Part shown: piece by piece, positions 34,238 through 43,521 of the stretch
Position numbering within the stretch: position 1 is the first letter of the stretch
How the letters are laid out: each line of letters opens with the position of its first letter
Assembly: GCA_036271015.1 (NCBI GenBank)
Contig: DATBBL010000273.1
Coordinates: 1-59,916, forward strand
Source of the DNA: Acidimicrobiia bacterium
GTDB taxonomy: Bacteria; Actinomycetota; Acidimicrobiia; IMCC26256; DASPTH01
DNA length: 59,916 nucleotides
Direction: 5' to 3'
The notes under the pieces: generated by a model
What the model was told of the DNA's origin: nothing
Databases searched by the model: none
The model's input: only the letters and a program-made list of their open reading frames with translations
Position numbers and translations under genes: made by a program

Positions 34238-35020
34238 GTGAGCGACGCGCTGCGCGTCGAGCGGCCCGGCGACGGCATCGCCGTCGTCACGCTCACCCGC
34301 CCCGACCGGCTCAACGCCATCGGCACCGACACGTTGGCCGCCCTCGACGCCGCCCTCACCCAGCTCGAGGCCGACGCCTCGGTGCGGGCGTTCGTCGTGA
34401 CCGGCGAGGGGCGCGCGTTCTGCGCGGGCGCCGACATCGACGAGCTCGCCATGCTTGACGGTGCCGCCGGGTTCGCCCGGTTCGTGCGCGCCTTCACCGA
34501 TGTCCTGGACCGGCTCGAGCGGAACCCCAAACCTTCGGTGGCCGCCATCGACGGCGCCGCGTTCGGCGGCGGGCTCGAGCTGGCCCTCGCGTGCGACCTC
34601 CGCGCCGCGTCCGACGCCGCCCGGCTCGCCGTCCCCGAGATCCAGCTCGGACTGCTCCCGGGCGCGGGCGGCACCCAGCGTCTCCCGCGGCTGATCCCGA
34701 GGGGAGTCGCGCTCCAGATGCTCCTCACCGGCTCGCCGCTGGGCGCGGTCGAGGCCCACCGCCTGGGCCTGGTGAACGAGCTCAGCGGCGACTCCCCCGC
34801 AGTGGTGGTCGCCATGCGCCTGGCCCGTGAGCTCGCGGCCGGACCCCCGCTCGCCCTCGGCGCGGCCAAGCACCTCGTGCAACGCGGCGCCACCCTGTCG
34901 CTCACCGACGCCATCGACCTCGAGCGCGAGACCGTGGCCGGGCTCTTCGCCACTGACGACGCCGCCGAGGGCCTCACCGCGTTCCGCACCAAGCGCTCGC
35001 CCGAGTTCCGCGGTCGCTGA
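34238..35020 (+). CDS. Enoyl-CoA hydratase/isomerase family protein
   Basis: 260 aa, GTG start. Motifs VVTLTRPDRLNA, GEGRAFCAGADI, AAIDGAAFGGGLELALACD, PEIQLGLLPGAGGTQRL. Confidence 0.9.
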   Translation: MSDALRVERPGDGIAVVTLTRPDRLNAIGTDTLAALDAALTQLEADASVRAFVVTGEGRAFCAGADIDELAMLDGAAGFARFVRAFTDVLDRLERNPKPSVAAIDGAAFGGGLELALACDLRAASDAARLAVPEIQLGLLPGAGGTQRLPRLIPRGVALQMLLTGSPLGAVEAHRLGLVNELSGDSPAVVVAMRLARELAAGPPLALGAAKHLVQRGATLSLTDAIDLERETVAGLFATDDAAEGLTAFRTKRSPEFRGR

Positions 35021-35062
35021 GCGCCGCGGCGCGGCGTCCATCCGCGCCCTTTCGGCAGTCGG

Positions 35063-35881
35063 TCAGCGCACCTGCTCGAGCCGCTCGACGAGCTCGGAGC
35101 GGCGGGTGCGGGTGGTCGTGTACTCGCGTACCGCCTCCCCTGCGACGTGCACGATGCGGCCGGTGATGTCCCCCGCGGCTTCCGACGCCAGGTATGCGAC
35201 GACCCGTGCCACGTGCCCGGGTGCGAGGTCGAGCCCGACCGAAGCGCCGTCGCGGAAGCCGGCGTCGAGCGCGGGCGCGCTCATGCGGGTGAGAGCGCCG
35301 GGCGAGATCGCGTTCACCGTGATCCCCGTGCCTGCCGCCTCGTGTGCCGCGTGCAGCGTCGCCGACCACACCGCCGCCTTGGCGGCGCCGTAGCCGAGGC
35401 CCGAGTCGAAGCGGGCGTCGAGCGCCACCTCCGACACCGTGTTCACGATCCGCCCGTAGCGCTGGGCCCGCATCGCACGGAACGCCGCGCTCATCGTGCC
35501 GACCGTCGCCTTGAAGTGCACCGCGAGCAAGGCATCGAGCTCGGCGTCGACGGGATGCTCCACGCGTCCCCCACCGCTCGCGAAGCCGGCGTTGTTCACG
35601 ACGACGTCGATCCGCCCGAACGTGTCGAGCGCGACGGCGACCGCCGCGGCTCCCCCCGCGATCGACGCGACGTCGGTGGTGTCGGCCACCGCCACTCCAC
35701 CCGCCGCCTCGATCTCCGCGACCACCGCGCCCGCCGGCCCGGCGTCGATGCCGCGACCGTCGAGATCGGTTCCGAGGTCGTTGACGACGACGCGCAGACC
35801 GTTGGCCGCCAGCGCGAGTGCGTGGGCACGGCCGAGGCCCCGACCCGCGCCGGTGACCAGCGCAGCCCGCGGCGTCACCAT
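35063..35881 (-). CDS. SDR family oxidoreductase, MFE-2/Hsd4A-like (VVNDLG type)
   Basis: 272 aa. Motifs [41 protein letters not shown]. Confidence 0.85.
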   Translation of the reverse strand: MVTPRAALVTGAGRGLGRAHALALAANGLRVVVNDLGTDLDGRGIDAGPAGAVVAEIEAAGGVAVADTTDVASIAGGAAAVAVALDTFGRIDVVVNNAGFASGGGRVEHPVDAELDALLAVHFKATVGTMSAAFRAMRAQRYGRIVNTVSEVALDARFDSGLGYGAAKAAVWSATLHAAHEAAGTGITVNAISPGALTRMSAPALDAGFRDGASVGLDLAPGHVARVVAYLASEAAGDITGRIVHVAGEAVREYTTTRTRRSELVERLEQVR

Positions 35882-35928
35882 GGACGTCGCGCTTGACCGA
35901 TTCGCCGCTGCACGAAGAGGATCCTCGC

Positions 35929-36741
35929 ATGCCCGGACCCGACCCGTACGCCGCGTTCCCGAGCCTGCAGTTCGAACGCCCCGCCGCCGGCGTGCTTCGG
36001 GTGGTGATGGAAGGACCGGGGCTCAACTCGGTCGGCCCCGACATGCACCGGGAGCTTGCCGACGTGTGGCAGACCGTCGACCGCGATCCGGACGTGCGCG
36101 TGGCGATCATCCAGGGCGCGGGCAAGGGCTTCTCCGCGGGCGGGTCGTTCGACCTGCTCGACCAGATGGTGGGCGACTTTGCGGCGCGCACCCGCGTGAT
36201 GCGCGAGGCGCGCGACCTCGTCTACAACGTGATCAATTGCTCCAAGCCGATCGTCTCGGCCATCCACGGGCCCGCAGTGGGTGCCGGGCTCGTCGTCGGC
36301 ATGCTCGCCGACATCTCCGTGGTCGCCCGTTCCGCCCGCATCATCGACGGCCACACGCGCCTCGGTGTCGCGGCCGGAGACCACGCCGCGATCTGCTGGC
36401 CGCTCCTGTGTGGCATGGCCAAGGCGAAGTACTACCTGCTCACCTGTCGCGACCTCGGCGGCGAGGAAGCCGAGCGCATCGGGCTCGTGTCGCTCTGTGT
36501 CGACGACGACGCGGTGTTCGACATCGCGCTCGAGATCGCCACCGAGCTGGCCAACGGCGCCCAGAGCGCGATCCGCTGGACGAAACAGTCGCTGAACAAC
36601 TGGTACCGGATGCTGGGGCCCGCCTTCGACGCCTCGGTCGGGTTGGAGTTCTACGGCTTCGGCGGCCCCGATGCCGCCGAAGGGCTGGCGGCCCTGCGCG
36701 AGAAGCGCACCGCCGAGTTCCGCGGACCGACGTCCGAGTAG
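35929..36741 (+). CDS. Enoyl-CoA hydratase/isomerase family protein
   Basis: ATG 35929 preceded by GAAGAGGA (the ORF track starts at a TTG at 35893). Motifs [31 protein letters not shown]. Confidence 0.85.
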   Translation: MPGPDPYAAFPSLQFERPAAGVLRVVMEGPGLNSVGPDMHRELADVWQTVDRDPDVRVAIIQGAGKGFSAGGSFDLLDQMVGDFAARTRVMREARDLVYNVINCSKPIVSAIHGPAVGAGLVVGMLADISVVARSARIIDGHTRLGVAAGDHAAICWPLLCGMAKAKYYLLTCRDLGGEEAERIGLVSLCVDDDAVFDIALEIATELANGAQSAIRWTKQSLNNWYRMLGPAFDASVGLEFYGFGGPDAAEGLAALREKRTAEFRGPTSE

Positions 36742-36743
36742 CG

Positions 36744-37367
36744 CTACCGCACTTCCGGGTCGCGGCCGAGCGCCACGAGGCGGTCGCGCACCGTGAGCAT
36801 GGGGCGCAGCGCCTCTCCCCGCTGGACCTTGCCCACCAGCTCACCATCGGCCGCCCACACGTGACAGCTGTCGGCCGGCGGGGGCTGGCGTTGCGCCCCC
36901 GCGGGCTCCGCATCGCCGACGGTCGCCGCACGCTGGTTCAGGATCCCCATCGACCAGGTCGACTGCACCACAGCCGGGGCCATGGCCTGGAGCAGCGCGG
37001 TCACGTGCGCGCAGCCCCGCGGCCCACCGAAGAGCTCGCGCACACGGTGCGTGAACCCCCGGGTGATCGAGACACCGACCAACGCCTCGTAATCGTCGGC
37101 GATCATCGGACACAGCGTCTGGGGAAAGTCCTCGAACTCGACGTCGACCCCGCGGATCACGAGGGCCGGATACTCGATCTCGAGCTCCACGCGCATCCGG
37201 TGCATCGTGAGCGGATCCGGGTCGTCGTCGACGTAGAGGCCGGGTGGCTTCACGTCGTGCACCATCCCCCGCACGAGGATGCTGCGCACATCGCGCCGGA
37301 AGACCTGCACGTCGTAGGTGCGGTCGTGGAGCGGCTGCAGTTGGTCGGTCGCCGGATCGTCGAGCAC
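36744..37367 (-). CDS. DUF2889-like protein (function unknown)
   Basis: 207 aa, GTG start, high GC3. The central GGPRGCAHVTALLQAMAP resembles the conserved G-C-x-H segment I associate with DUF2889. Family assignment is from memory only. Confidence 0.6.
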   Translation of the reverse strand: MLDDPATDQLQPLHDRTYDVQVFRRDVRSILVRGMVHDVKPPGLYVDDDPDPLTMHRMRVELEIEYPALVIRGVDVEFEDFPQTLCPMIADDYEALVGVSITRGFTHRVRELFGGPRGCAHVTALLQAMAPAVVQSTWSMGILNQRAATVGDAEPAGAQRQPPPADSCHVWAADGELVGKVQRGEALRPMLTVRDRLVALGRDPEVR

Positions 37368-37379
37368 GGGCCCAGGTTA

Positions 37380-37393
37380 CGGTGTCGACACCG
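37380..37393. promoter_or_regulatory. Perfect 14-bp palindrome in divergent DUF2889/SDR promoter region
   Basis: CGGTGTCGACACCG, centred in the 48-bp gap between starts 37367 (-) and 37416 (+). Confidence 0.35.
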
Positions 37394-37415
37394 GCCCGCC
37401 CCGAGGAGCAGCTGG

Positions 37416-38180
37416 ATGACGACGGAGTTCGACGGGCGCATCGCGCTGGTGACCGCGGCGGCGGGTGCCGGTATCGGCCAGGCGACGGCACGCCGGTTGG
37501 CCGAAGGCGGCGCACGCGTCGTGGTCACCGACATCCACGAGCGCCGCACCCGCGAGGTCGCCGCCGCGATCGCCGCCGACCATCCCGACACGACGGTCAT
37601 CGGCCTCCCGATGGACGCGGGCGACCGTGCGCACATCGACGACGTGGTCGGTGAGGTCACGTCCACGCTCGGCCCGGTGCAGATCCTCGTGAACAACGCG
37701 GCCGTCAACGTGATCGGCAGCATCTTCGACTACGACCCCGAGAACTTCGACTGGTGCGTCCGGGTGAACCTCTCGGGCCCCTGGTACCTGTGCCGCACGG
37801 TGATGCCGCTCATGCGCGACGCGAGCGGTGGTGTCATCGTGAACGTCAGCAGCTACGCGCCCGACGTCGGCGGCGGCGGGATCGAGGCGCCCTACGCGAT
37901 CACCAAGGGCGGCCTGAACGTCCTCACCCGTAGCTGCGCGCACGAAGGTGGCCCCTTCGGGATCCGCGCCGTGACCGTGGCGACCGGCATCGTCACCGGC
38001 ACGAAGTTCATCGACGACCACCCGGAGATCCTGGAGACACCGGGCAACGAGCCGCCCCTCGGCTCGTACGCCGACGCGGGTGACGTCGCCGAGGCGATCG
38101 CCTTCCTCGCCTCCGACCGAGCCCGCCACATCACCGGCGAGATCCTCAACGTGGCCGCCGGTTCGTACATGCGGAACTGA
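37416..38180 (+). CDS. SDR family oxidoreductase
   Basis: ATG 37416 with GAGGAG upstream. 254 aa with VTAAAGAGIGQAT, NNAAV, YAITKGG, GEILNVAAG. Confidence 0.9.
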   Translation: MTTEFDGRIALVTAAAGAGIGQATARRLAEGGARVVVTDIHERRTREVAAAIAADHPDTTVIGLPMDAGDRAHIDDVVGEVTSTLGPVQILVNNAAVNVIGSIFDYDPENFDWCVRVNLSGPWYLCRTVMPLMRDASGGVIVNVSSYAPDVGGGGIEAPYAITKGGLNVLTRSCAHEGGPFGIRAVTVATGIVTGTKFIDDHPEILETPGNEPPLGSYADAGDVAEAIAFLASDRARHITGEILNVAAGSYMRN

Positions 38181-38184
38181 CCGC

Positions 38185-39162
38185 GTGACCTGCGCGCACC
38201 CCTTCCGGTTCGCGGCCACGATGCCAGCGCCGATCCGACCCGTCGCCGAGTGGGGCGCCGCGTTGCGCCGCTTCGAGGACCTCGGCCTGTGGTCGGTGGT
38301 CGCGGCCGACCACTTCACCGGCGGCTACACGTTCGAACCGATGGTCGCGCTCACCGCGGCGGCCGGCGCGACGACGACGCTGCGGCTGCAGACCGGCGTG
38401 CTCGGCAACGACTACCGCCATCCCGTCCTCGTCCACCGCATGGCCTCACTGCTGGACGTCGTCTCCGACGGGCGCGTGGTGCTGGGGCTCGGAGCCGGGT
38501 GGATGACCACCGACTACGAGGCGGCGGGCATCCCGCTCGACCCTCCCGGAGTGCGCGTGAGCCGGTTCGCGGAAGCGGTCGCGGTGGTGAAGGGACTGTT
38601 CGGCCCCGGGCCGTTCGACTTCGGCGGTGAGTACTACGAGGTGCACGCCCTCGACGGGCTGCCGAAACCAGTGCAGCAACCGCACCCGCCGGTCTTCGTC
38701 GGTGGAGGCAGCCCCCGCGTGCTGCGGCTGGCCGGTCGCGAGGCCGACATCGTCGGCATCAACGCCAGCCTCCGCGCCGGCGAGCTCGGCGGCGACGCGG
38801 TGCGCGACCTGTCGTTCGCGCGCGTGGCGGAGAAGATCACCTGGGCGCGCGACGGCGCGGCCGCGGCCGGGCGCGATCCCGACGCACTGGAGCTCGAGAT
38901 CAACCACTGGCTGGCCAAGGTCACGCCGAGCGCCGCGGCCGCCACCGACCTGCTCGAACGCATGGGCACCCGCTTCGAGGCGGACCCGGCGGTGCTCGCG
39001 GCATCGCCGTCGGTGCTCGTCGGAACGGTGGCGCAGATCGTCGACACCCTCGGGGCGCGGCGCGAGGAGCTGGGGATCAGCTACCTCCAGCTCGACGCCG
39101 GTTTCCCCACGCCGGATCTCGACGCCTTCGCGCCGGTGATCGAGATCCTCGCCGGAACCTAG
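38185..39162 (+). CDS. LLM-class F420-dependent oxidoreductase (probable)
   Basis: GTG 38185 inside ORF 38080..39162. 325 aa with N-terminal HPFRFAA, LGLGAGWMTTDYEAAGI, PPVFVGGGSPRVLRLAGREADIVG. Confidence 0.78.
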   Translation: MTCAHPFRFAATMPAPIRPVAEWGAALRRFEDLGLWSVVAADHFTGGYTFEPMVALTAAAGATTTLRLQTGVLGNDYRHPVLVHRMASLLDVVSDGRVVLGLGAGWMTTDYEAAGIPLDPPGVRVSRFAEAVAVVKGLFGPGPFDFGGEYYEVHALDGLPKPVQQPHPPVFVGGGSPRVLRLAGREADIVGINASLRAGELGGDAVRDLSFARVAEKITWARDGAAAAGRDPDALELEINHWLAKVTPSAAAATDLLERMGTRFEADPAVLAASPSVLVGTVAQIVDTLGARREELGISYLQLDAGFPTPDLDAFAPVIEILAGT

Positions 39163-39171
39163 GAGCGCACG

Positions 39172-40587
39172 ATGTCCTTTGCCTTCGTCCCCACCGACGC
39201 GGTGGCGCGCGTGCGCGCCCGCATCGACCATCCTGTCATCGACGCCGACGGGCACCTCCTGGAGTTCCTCCCACTGGTGAACGATCTCGTGCGCGAGGTG
39301 GCGGGCAACGACGTCGCCGACCGCTACCAGCGGTTCATGCGCCGGGCCCTCGCCCCCGACGACGCCGGGTTCATGCCCGCCCGGGTGTTCTGGGGCCTGC
39401 CCGAGGAGCACACCCTCGACCGCATGACGGTCACGCTGCCGAAGCTCACCTACGAGCGCGCCGACGAGATGGGCCTCGACTTCCTGCTGCTGTACCCGAG
39501 CTTCGGCCTCACCGTGCTCGCGGTGCCGGACGAAGAGGTGCGCCGGGCCGTCGTGCGCGCCGTGAACACGTACTACGCGGAGGTGTACGCGGGCTACCGC
39601 GATCGCCTCGAACCGGTCGCGGTCATCCCCACCTTCTCGCCCGAGGAAGCGGTCGACGAGCTCGACCACGCGGTCGGGACGCTCGGGCTGAAGGCGGTGG
39701 TGATGAACGGCGTGGTCCCCCGCTCGACGCGCCCCGACGGCACCGCCGGCGCGTGGGTCGACACGCTCGGGCACGGCAGCATCCACGACTACGACCGGCT
39801 CTGGGCCCGGTGCGTGGAGCTGGGGGTGGCACCCGCCTTCCACGGCGTGGGGTACGGCTGGGGCAGCCGGGTGTCGCCGACGAACTACGTGTACAACCAC
39901 CTGGGCAACTTCGCCGCCGCCCAGGAGGCTGCCTGCCGCTCCCTGGTGATGGGCGGGGTGACGCGCCGCTTCCCCGATCTGCACTACGGGTTCCTCGAGG
40001 GCGGGATCGCCTGGGCCGCGCAGCTCTACGCCGACCTGCTCGGCCACTACGAGAAGCGCAATACCGACGTCGTGGGCATGTTCGACCCTCGGCGCTTCGA
40101 CGTCGACCTGTGCGCGCAGCTCCTCGACCAGTTCGCCACCGGTCGCATCGCGGCGCGCCGCGACCGTTACGAGCGCAACGCGGCGAAGGCCAAGGCGGCG
40201 GCTCCCTCCGACGAGTTGGGGTTCGACGACTTCGCCGAGTCGCTGGTGAGCGCGCCCGAGCAGATCGTCGACATCTTCACCCGGCAGTTCCACTTCGGCT
40301 GCGAAGCCGACGATGCGCTCAACGCCCTGGCGTTCGACCGCCGGGTGCTGCCCCACGGGGTGACGCTCCGCGCCATGTTCGCCTCCGACATCGGGCACTG
40401 GGACGTCCCCGACATGCGGGGGGTGCTCCTGGAGGCGTGGGAGCTGGTCGACGAGGGGTTGTTGGACGAGGCGCAATTCCGGGACTTCACGTGCGGCAAC
40501 ATCGTGCACATGCTCACGGCCGCCAACCCCGACTTCTTCGCCGGCACCGCCGTGAGCGACGTGGCGACGCCGAGCAGCTCCCGCTGA
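39172..40587 (+). CDS. Amidohydrolase_2 family protein
   Basis: 471 aa. AGGAG upstream of the ATG. Motifs HPVIDADGHLLE (D-x-D-x-H variant) and FASDIGHWD near the C-terminus. Confidence 0.82.
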   Translation: MSFAFVPTDAVARVRARIDHPVIDADGHLLEFLPLVNDLVREVAGNDVADRYQRFMRRALAPDDAGFMPARVFWGLPEEHTLDRMTVTLPKLTYERADEMGLDFLLLYPSFGLTVLAVPDEEVRRAVVRAVNTYYAEVYAGYRDRLEPVAVIPTFSPEEAVDELDHAVGTLGLKAVVMNGVVPRSTRPDGTAGAWVDTLGHGSIHDYDRLWARCVELGVAPAFHGVGYGWGSRVSPTNYVYNHLGNFAAAQEAACRSLVMGGVTRRFPDLHYGFLEGGIAWAAQLYADLLGHYEKRNTDVVGMFDPRRFDVDLCAQLLDQFATGRIAARRDRYERNAAKAKAAAPSDELGFDDFAESLVSAPEQIVDIFTRQFHFGCEADDALNALAFDRRVLPHGVTLRAMFASDIGHWDVPDMRGVLLEAWELVDEGLLDEAQFRDFTCGNIVHMLTAANPDFFAGTAVSDVATPSSSR

Positions 40588-40601
40588 CGGTCGACGGTTC
40601 G

Positions 40602-41522
40602 ATGCTCCTGCAGGACCGGGTGGCGATCGTGACCGGGGGCGGTCGCGGGATCGGGCGGCAGCACTGCCTGGAGCTGGCACGACAGGGTGCTCGCGTGCTG
40701 GTGAACGATCCCGGCGTCGGCCTGCGGGGCGAGGCCGAACCCGACTCCGCGCCCGGGGGCCCGGCGGACGACGTGGCCGCGGCGATCCTCGCCACCGGCG
40801 GTGTCGCGATCGCCGACCACTCCTCGGTGACCAGCTGGGACGCGTGCGCCGCGCTCGTGGCGCGCGCGGTCGACGAGTTCGGCCGTCTCGACGTCGTCGT
40901 CAACAACGCGGGGATCCTGCGCGACCGGATGATCACGTCGATGTCGGAAGCGGACTTCGACCTCGTGCTCGCCGTTCACCTCAAAGGCACGTTCTCGATG
41001 ACCAAGCACGCGTGCGACCACTGGCGCGCGGTCGGCAAGGCGGGCGGGGCGAACTCGGCCCGCATCGTCAACACCACCTCCGGCGCCGGCATGTTCGGCA
41101 ACGTCGGCCAGTCGGCGTACTCCGCAGCCAAGGCCGCCATCGCCAACCTCACCATGGTCACCGCGCTGGAGATGCACCGCTTCCAGGTCACCGCGAACGC
41201 GATCTCGCCCGTCGCGGCCACCCGCATGACGCCGAACGCGACGCGCGCAGGCAACGACGACTGGGACAGCATGGACCCTGCCAACTCGTCGCCGGTGGTC
41301 GCGTACCTGGCGTCGGAGCACTCGGGGTGGCTCACCGGACAGGTGGTGCGCGTCGAGGGCAACGTCGTCCGGCGTGCGCGCACGTGGACGCTGGAGCCGG
41401 ACGAGTACGTCGCCGCGTCGGGAACCCGGCTCGACGCGAGTGAGCTGGTCGAAGGGATGCGCCGCCTCTACGGCACGATGCCGGCCGGACTCCAGGCGCC
41501 GAAGGCCCTCGGTCTCGCGTGA
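40602..41522 (+). CDS. SDR family oxidoreductase, MFE-2/Hsd4A-like, with C-terminal extension
   Basis: ATG 40602 inside ORF 39753..41522. 306 aa with VTGGGRGIGRQHCLELARQGARVLVNDPG, NNAGILRD, YSAAKAA. Confidence 0.85.
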   Translation: MLLQDRVAIVTGGGRGIGRQHCLELARQGARVLVNDPGVGLRGEAEPDSAPGGPADDVAAAILATGGVAIADHSSVTSWDACAALVARAVDEFGRLDVVVNNAGILRDRMITSMSEADFDLVLAVHLKGTFSMTKHACDHWRAVGKAGGANSARIVNTTSGAGMFGNVGQSAYSAAKAAIANLTMVTALEMHRFQVTANAISPVAATRMTPNATRAGNDDWDSMDPANSSPVVAYLASEHSGWLTGQVVRVEGNVVRRARTWTLEPDEYVAASGTRLDASELVEGMRRLYGTMPAGLQAPKALGLA

Positions 41523-41944
41523 GCGGCGTGTCGGTGGACCAGCTGCGCCGCCATTGGCAGGAGCGCATCCCCTTCAACCGGTTGTGCGGCTTCGTCGTCA
41601 GCCGGTGGGACGACACCGGCGTCCGCATGGAGGTCGACGACGCCGAGGCGCTCTCCAACGGCATCGGCTCGATGCACGGCGGCGTGGTCGCCACCCTGGT
41701 CGACACCGTGGCCAACGCCGCCGCCATCACCGTCGGCGACTTCGCCGCGGGCACGCAGGTCGTCACGGTGTCGATGACGATCAACTACACCGGCCCCGCG
41801 CGCGGCCATCTCCTCGCCGACGCCGCGTGCGACGGCCCGCGGCGCACGCTCCGCTCGGTGACCGTCGACGTGCGCGACGACCACGGCGCCGCGGTGGCCA
41901 GCGGCCTGGTCGTGGTCAAGGTGTCCGGGCCGGTGGACCCATGA
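41519..41944 (+). CDS. PaaI/4HBT-family hotdog thioesterase
   Basis: GTG 41519 overlaps the upstream stop (GTGA). 141 aa with NGIGSMHGGVVATLVDTVANAA. Confidence 0.85.
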   Translation: MSGVSVDQLRRHWQERIPFNRLCGFVVSRWDDTGVRMEVDDAEALSNGIGSMHGGVVATLVDTVANAAAITVGDFAAGTQVVTVSMTINYTGPARGHLLADAACDGPRRTLRSVTVDVRDDHGAAVASGLVVVKVSGPVDP

Positions 41945-43521
41945 CCGGCTGGAACTACGCGAACACGTGGGAGACGCTCGCGCGCGAGGTACCCGATCGC
42001 GTGGCGGTGGTATGCGGCGGCCGGCGCCTGACGTTCGCCGCGCTCGACCAGCGCGCCGAGCGCCTCGCGCAGGTGCTGGCGGCGCACGGGATCGGTCCGG
42101 GCGACGCCGTCGCCATCTCGTTGACCAACCGGCCCGAGTACCTGGAGGCGTTCTTCGGCGCGCTGAAACTGGGCGCCGCGCCGGTGAACCTCAACTACCA
42201 GTACGTCGCCGGGGAGCTGGCGTACGTGCTCGCCGACTGCGACGCCCGCGCGGTCGTCTTCCATGCCGCTACCACCGACACGATGACCGAGGCGGCCGCC
42301 GTCGCCGGTGGCCCGCGTCCGGCGTTGCTCCTGGCCGTCGGCGGCGACTACGAGACGCAGCTCGCAACGGCACCCGCCGGACCGGCACCCCGGGATCGGC
42401 CGCCCTCCGGCGACGACCGCCTGTTCCTCTACACCGGTGGCACGACCGGCCGCCCGAAGGGGGTCGTCTGGCGGGTCGACGACTACTACCGACAGGGCTG
42501 GGAGGCGGCCCGCCCGGGCACCGAGCCGCCCGACCCCGCGGGCGCCATGCGGGCCGGCAAGCGCGCCGCGACCCTCCTGCCCGCGTCGCCCCTCGTGCAC
42601 GCCACCGCGCTCGGGATGGCGACCGCCACCCTCAACGGCGGCGGCGCCGTCGTGCTGCGCGACGACCAGCGGCTCGATGCGGCGGCACTGTGGCAGCTGG
42701 TGGCGCGTGAACGCGTGGAGGTGATGAGCATCGTCGGCGAGACGTTCGCCCGTCCGCTCCTCGACGCGCTCGACCACGTCGACCACGTACGCGCGCTCGA
42801 TCTCTCGTCGCTGCGCGCCATCGTGTCGTCGGGCATGGCCTTCACCCCCACTACGAAGCGGTCGTTGCTCGATCGACTCCCGGGCCTCACCATCGTCGAC
42901 ACGCTCGGCGCGTCCGAAGCCATGATCACGCGCTCGACCGTCACCCGCGACGGCGCGTCGGTGCCCACGACGTTCGCGGCCAAGGAGAACGTACGTGTCC
43001 TCACCGACGACGGTCGCGACGTCGTCCCCGGTTCCGGCGAAGACGGCGTGCTGGCCGTGGCCGGCCGTCTCCCCCTGGGGTATCACCACGACGAGGCCGC
43101 CACCGCGCGCATGTTCCGCGAGGTCGACGGTGTCCGATACGCGACGCCAGGCGATCGCGCCCGGGTGCTCGCCGACGGCAGCATCGAACTGCTGGGCCGC
43201 GGATCCGCGTGCATCAACACGGGCGGCGAGAAGGTGTACCCGGAAGAGGTGGAGCAGGTGCTACGCGATCATCCTGCCGTGCTCGACGCAGCGGTGGTCG
43301 GGATCCCGGACGCGCGATGGGGCGAGATGGTGACCGCGCTCGTAGAGGTGGCACCGGGGTGCGCCATCGACGACTCGCTCCGCGACCACGCCCGCGACCA
43401 CCTGGCCGGGTACAAGGTGCCGAAGCAATTCCTCGCGGTCGAGACGCTGCCGCGGACGGTCGCGGGGAAGCCCGACTACCGGCGGCTGCGCGCGCTCGCG
43501 GTCGAGCTCACCCATGCCTGA
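41941..43521 (+). CDS. Acyl-CoA synthetase, FadD19/CasG-like P-loop variant
   Basis: ATG 41941 overlaps the upstream stop (ATGA). 526 aa with LYTGGTTGRPKGVVWRVDDYY, INTGGEKVYPEEVEQVL and GYKVPK. I associate the GGTTG-x-PKGV-x-W pattern with steroid/long-branched-acid CoA ligases. Confidence 0.85.
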   Translation: MTGWNYANTWETLAREVPDRVAVVCGGRRLTFAALDQRAERLAQVLAAHGIGPGDAVAISLTNRPEYLEAFFGALKLGAAPVNLNYQYVAGELAYVLADCDARAVVFHAATTDTMTEAAAVAGGPRPALLLAVGGDYETQLATAPAGPAPRDRPPSGDDRLFLYTGGTTGRPKGVVWRVDDYYRQGWEAARPGTEPPDPAGAMRAGKRAATLLPASPLVHATALGMATATLNGGGAVVLRDDQRLDAAALWQLVARERVEVMSIVGETFARPLLDALDHVDHVRALDLSSLRAIVSSGMAFTPTTKRSLLDRLPGLTIVDTLGASEAMITRSTVTRDGASVPTTFAAKENVRVLTDDGRDVVPGSGEDGVLAVAGRLPLGYHHDEAATARMFREVDGVRYATPGDRARVLADGSIELLGRGSACINTGGEKVYPEEVEQVLRDHPAVLDAAVVGIPDARWGEMVTALVEVAPGCAIDDSLRDHARDHLAGYKVPKQFLAVETLPRTVAGKPDYRRLRALAVELTHA

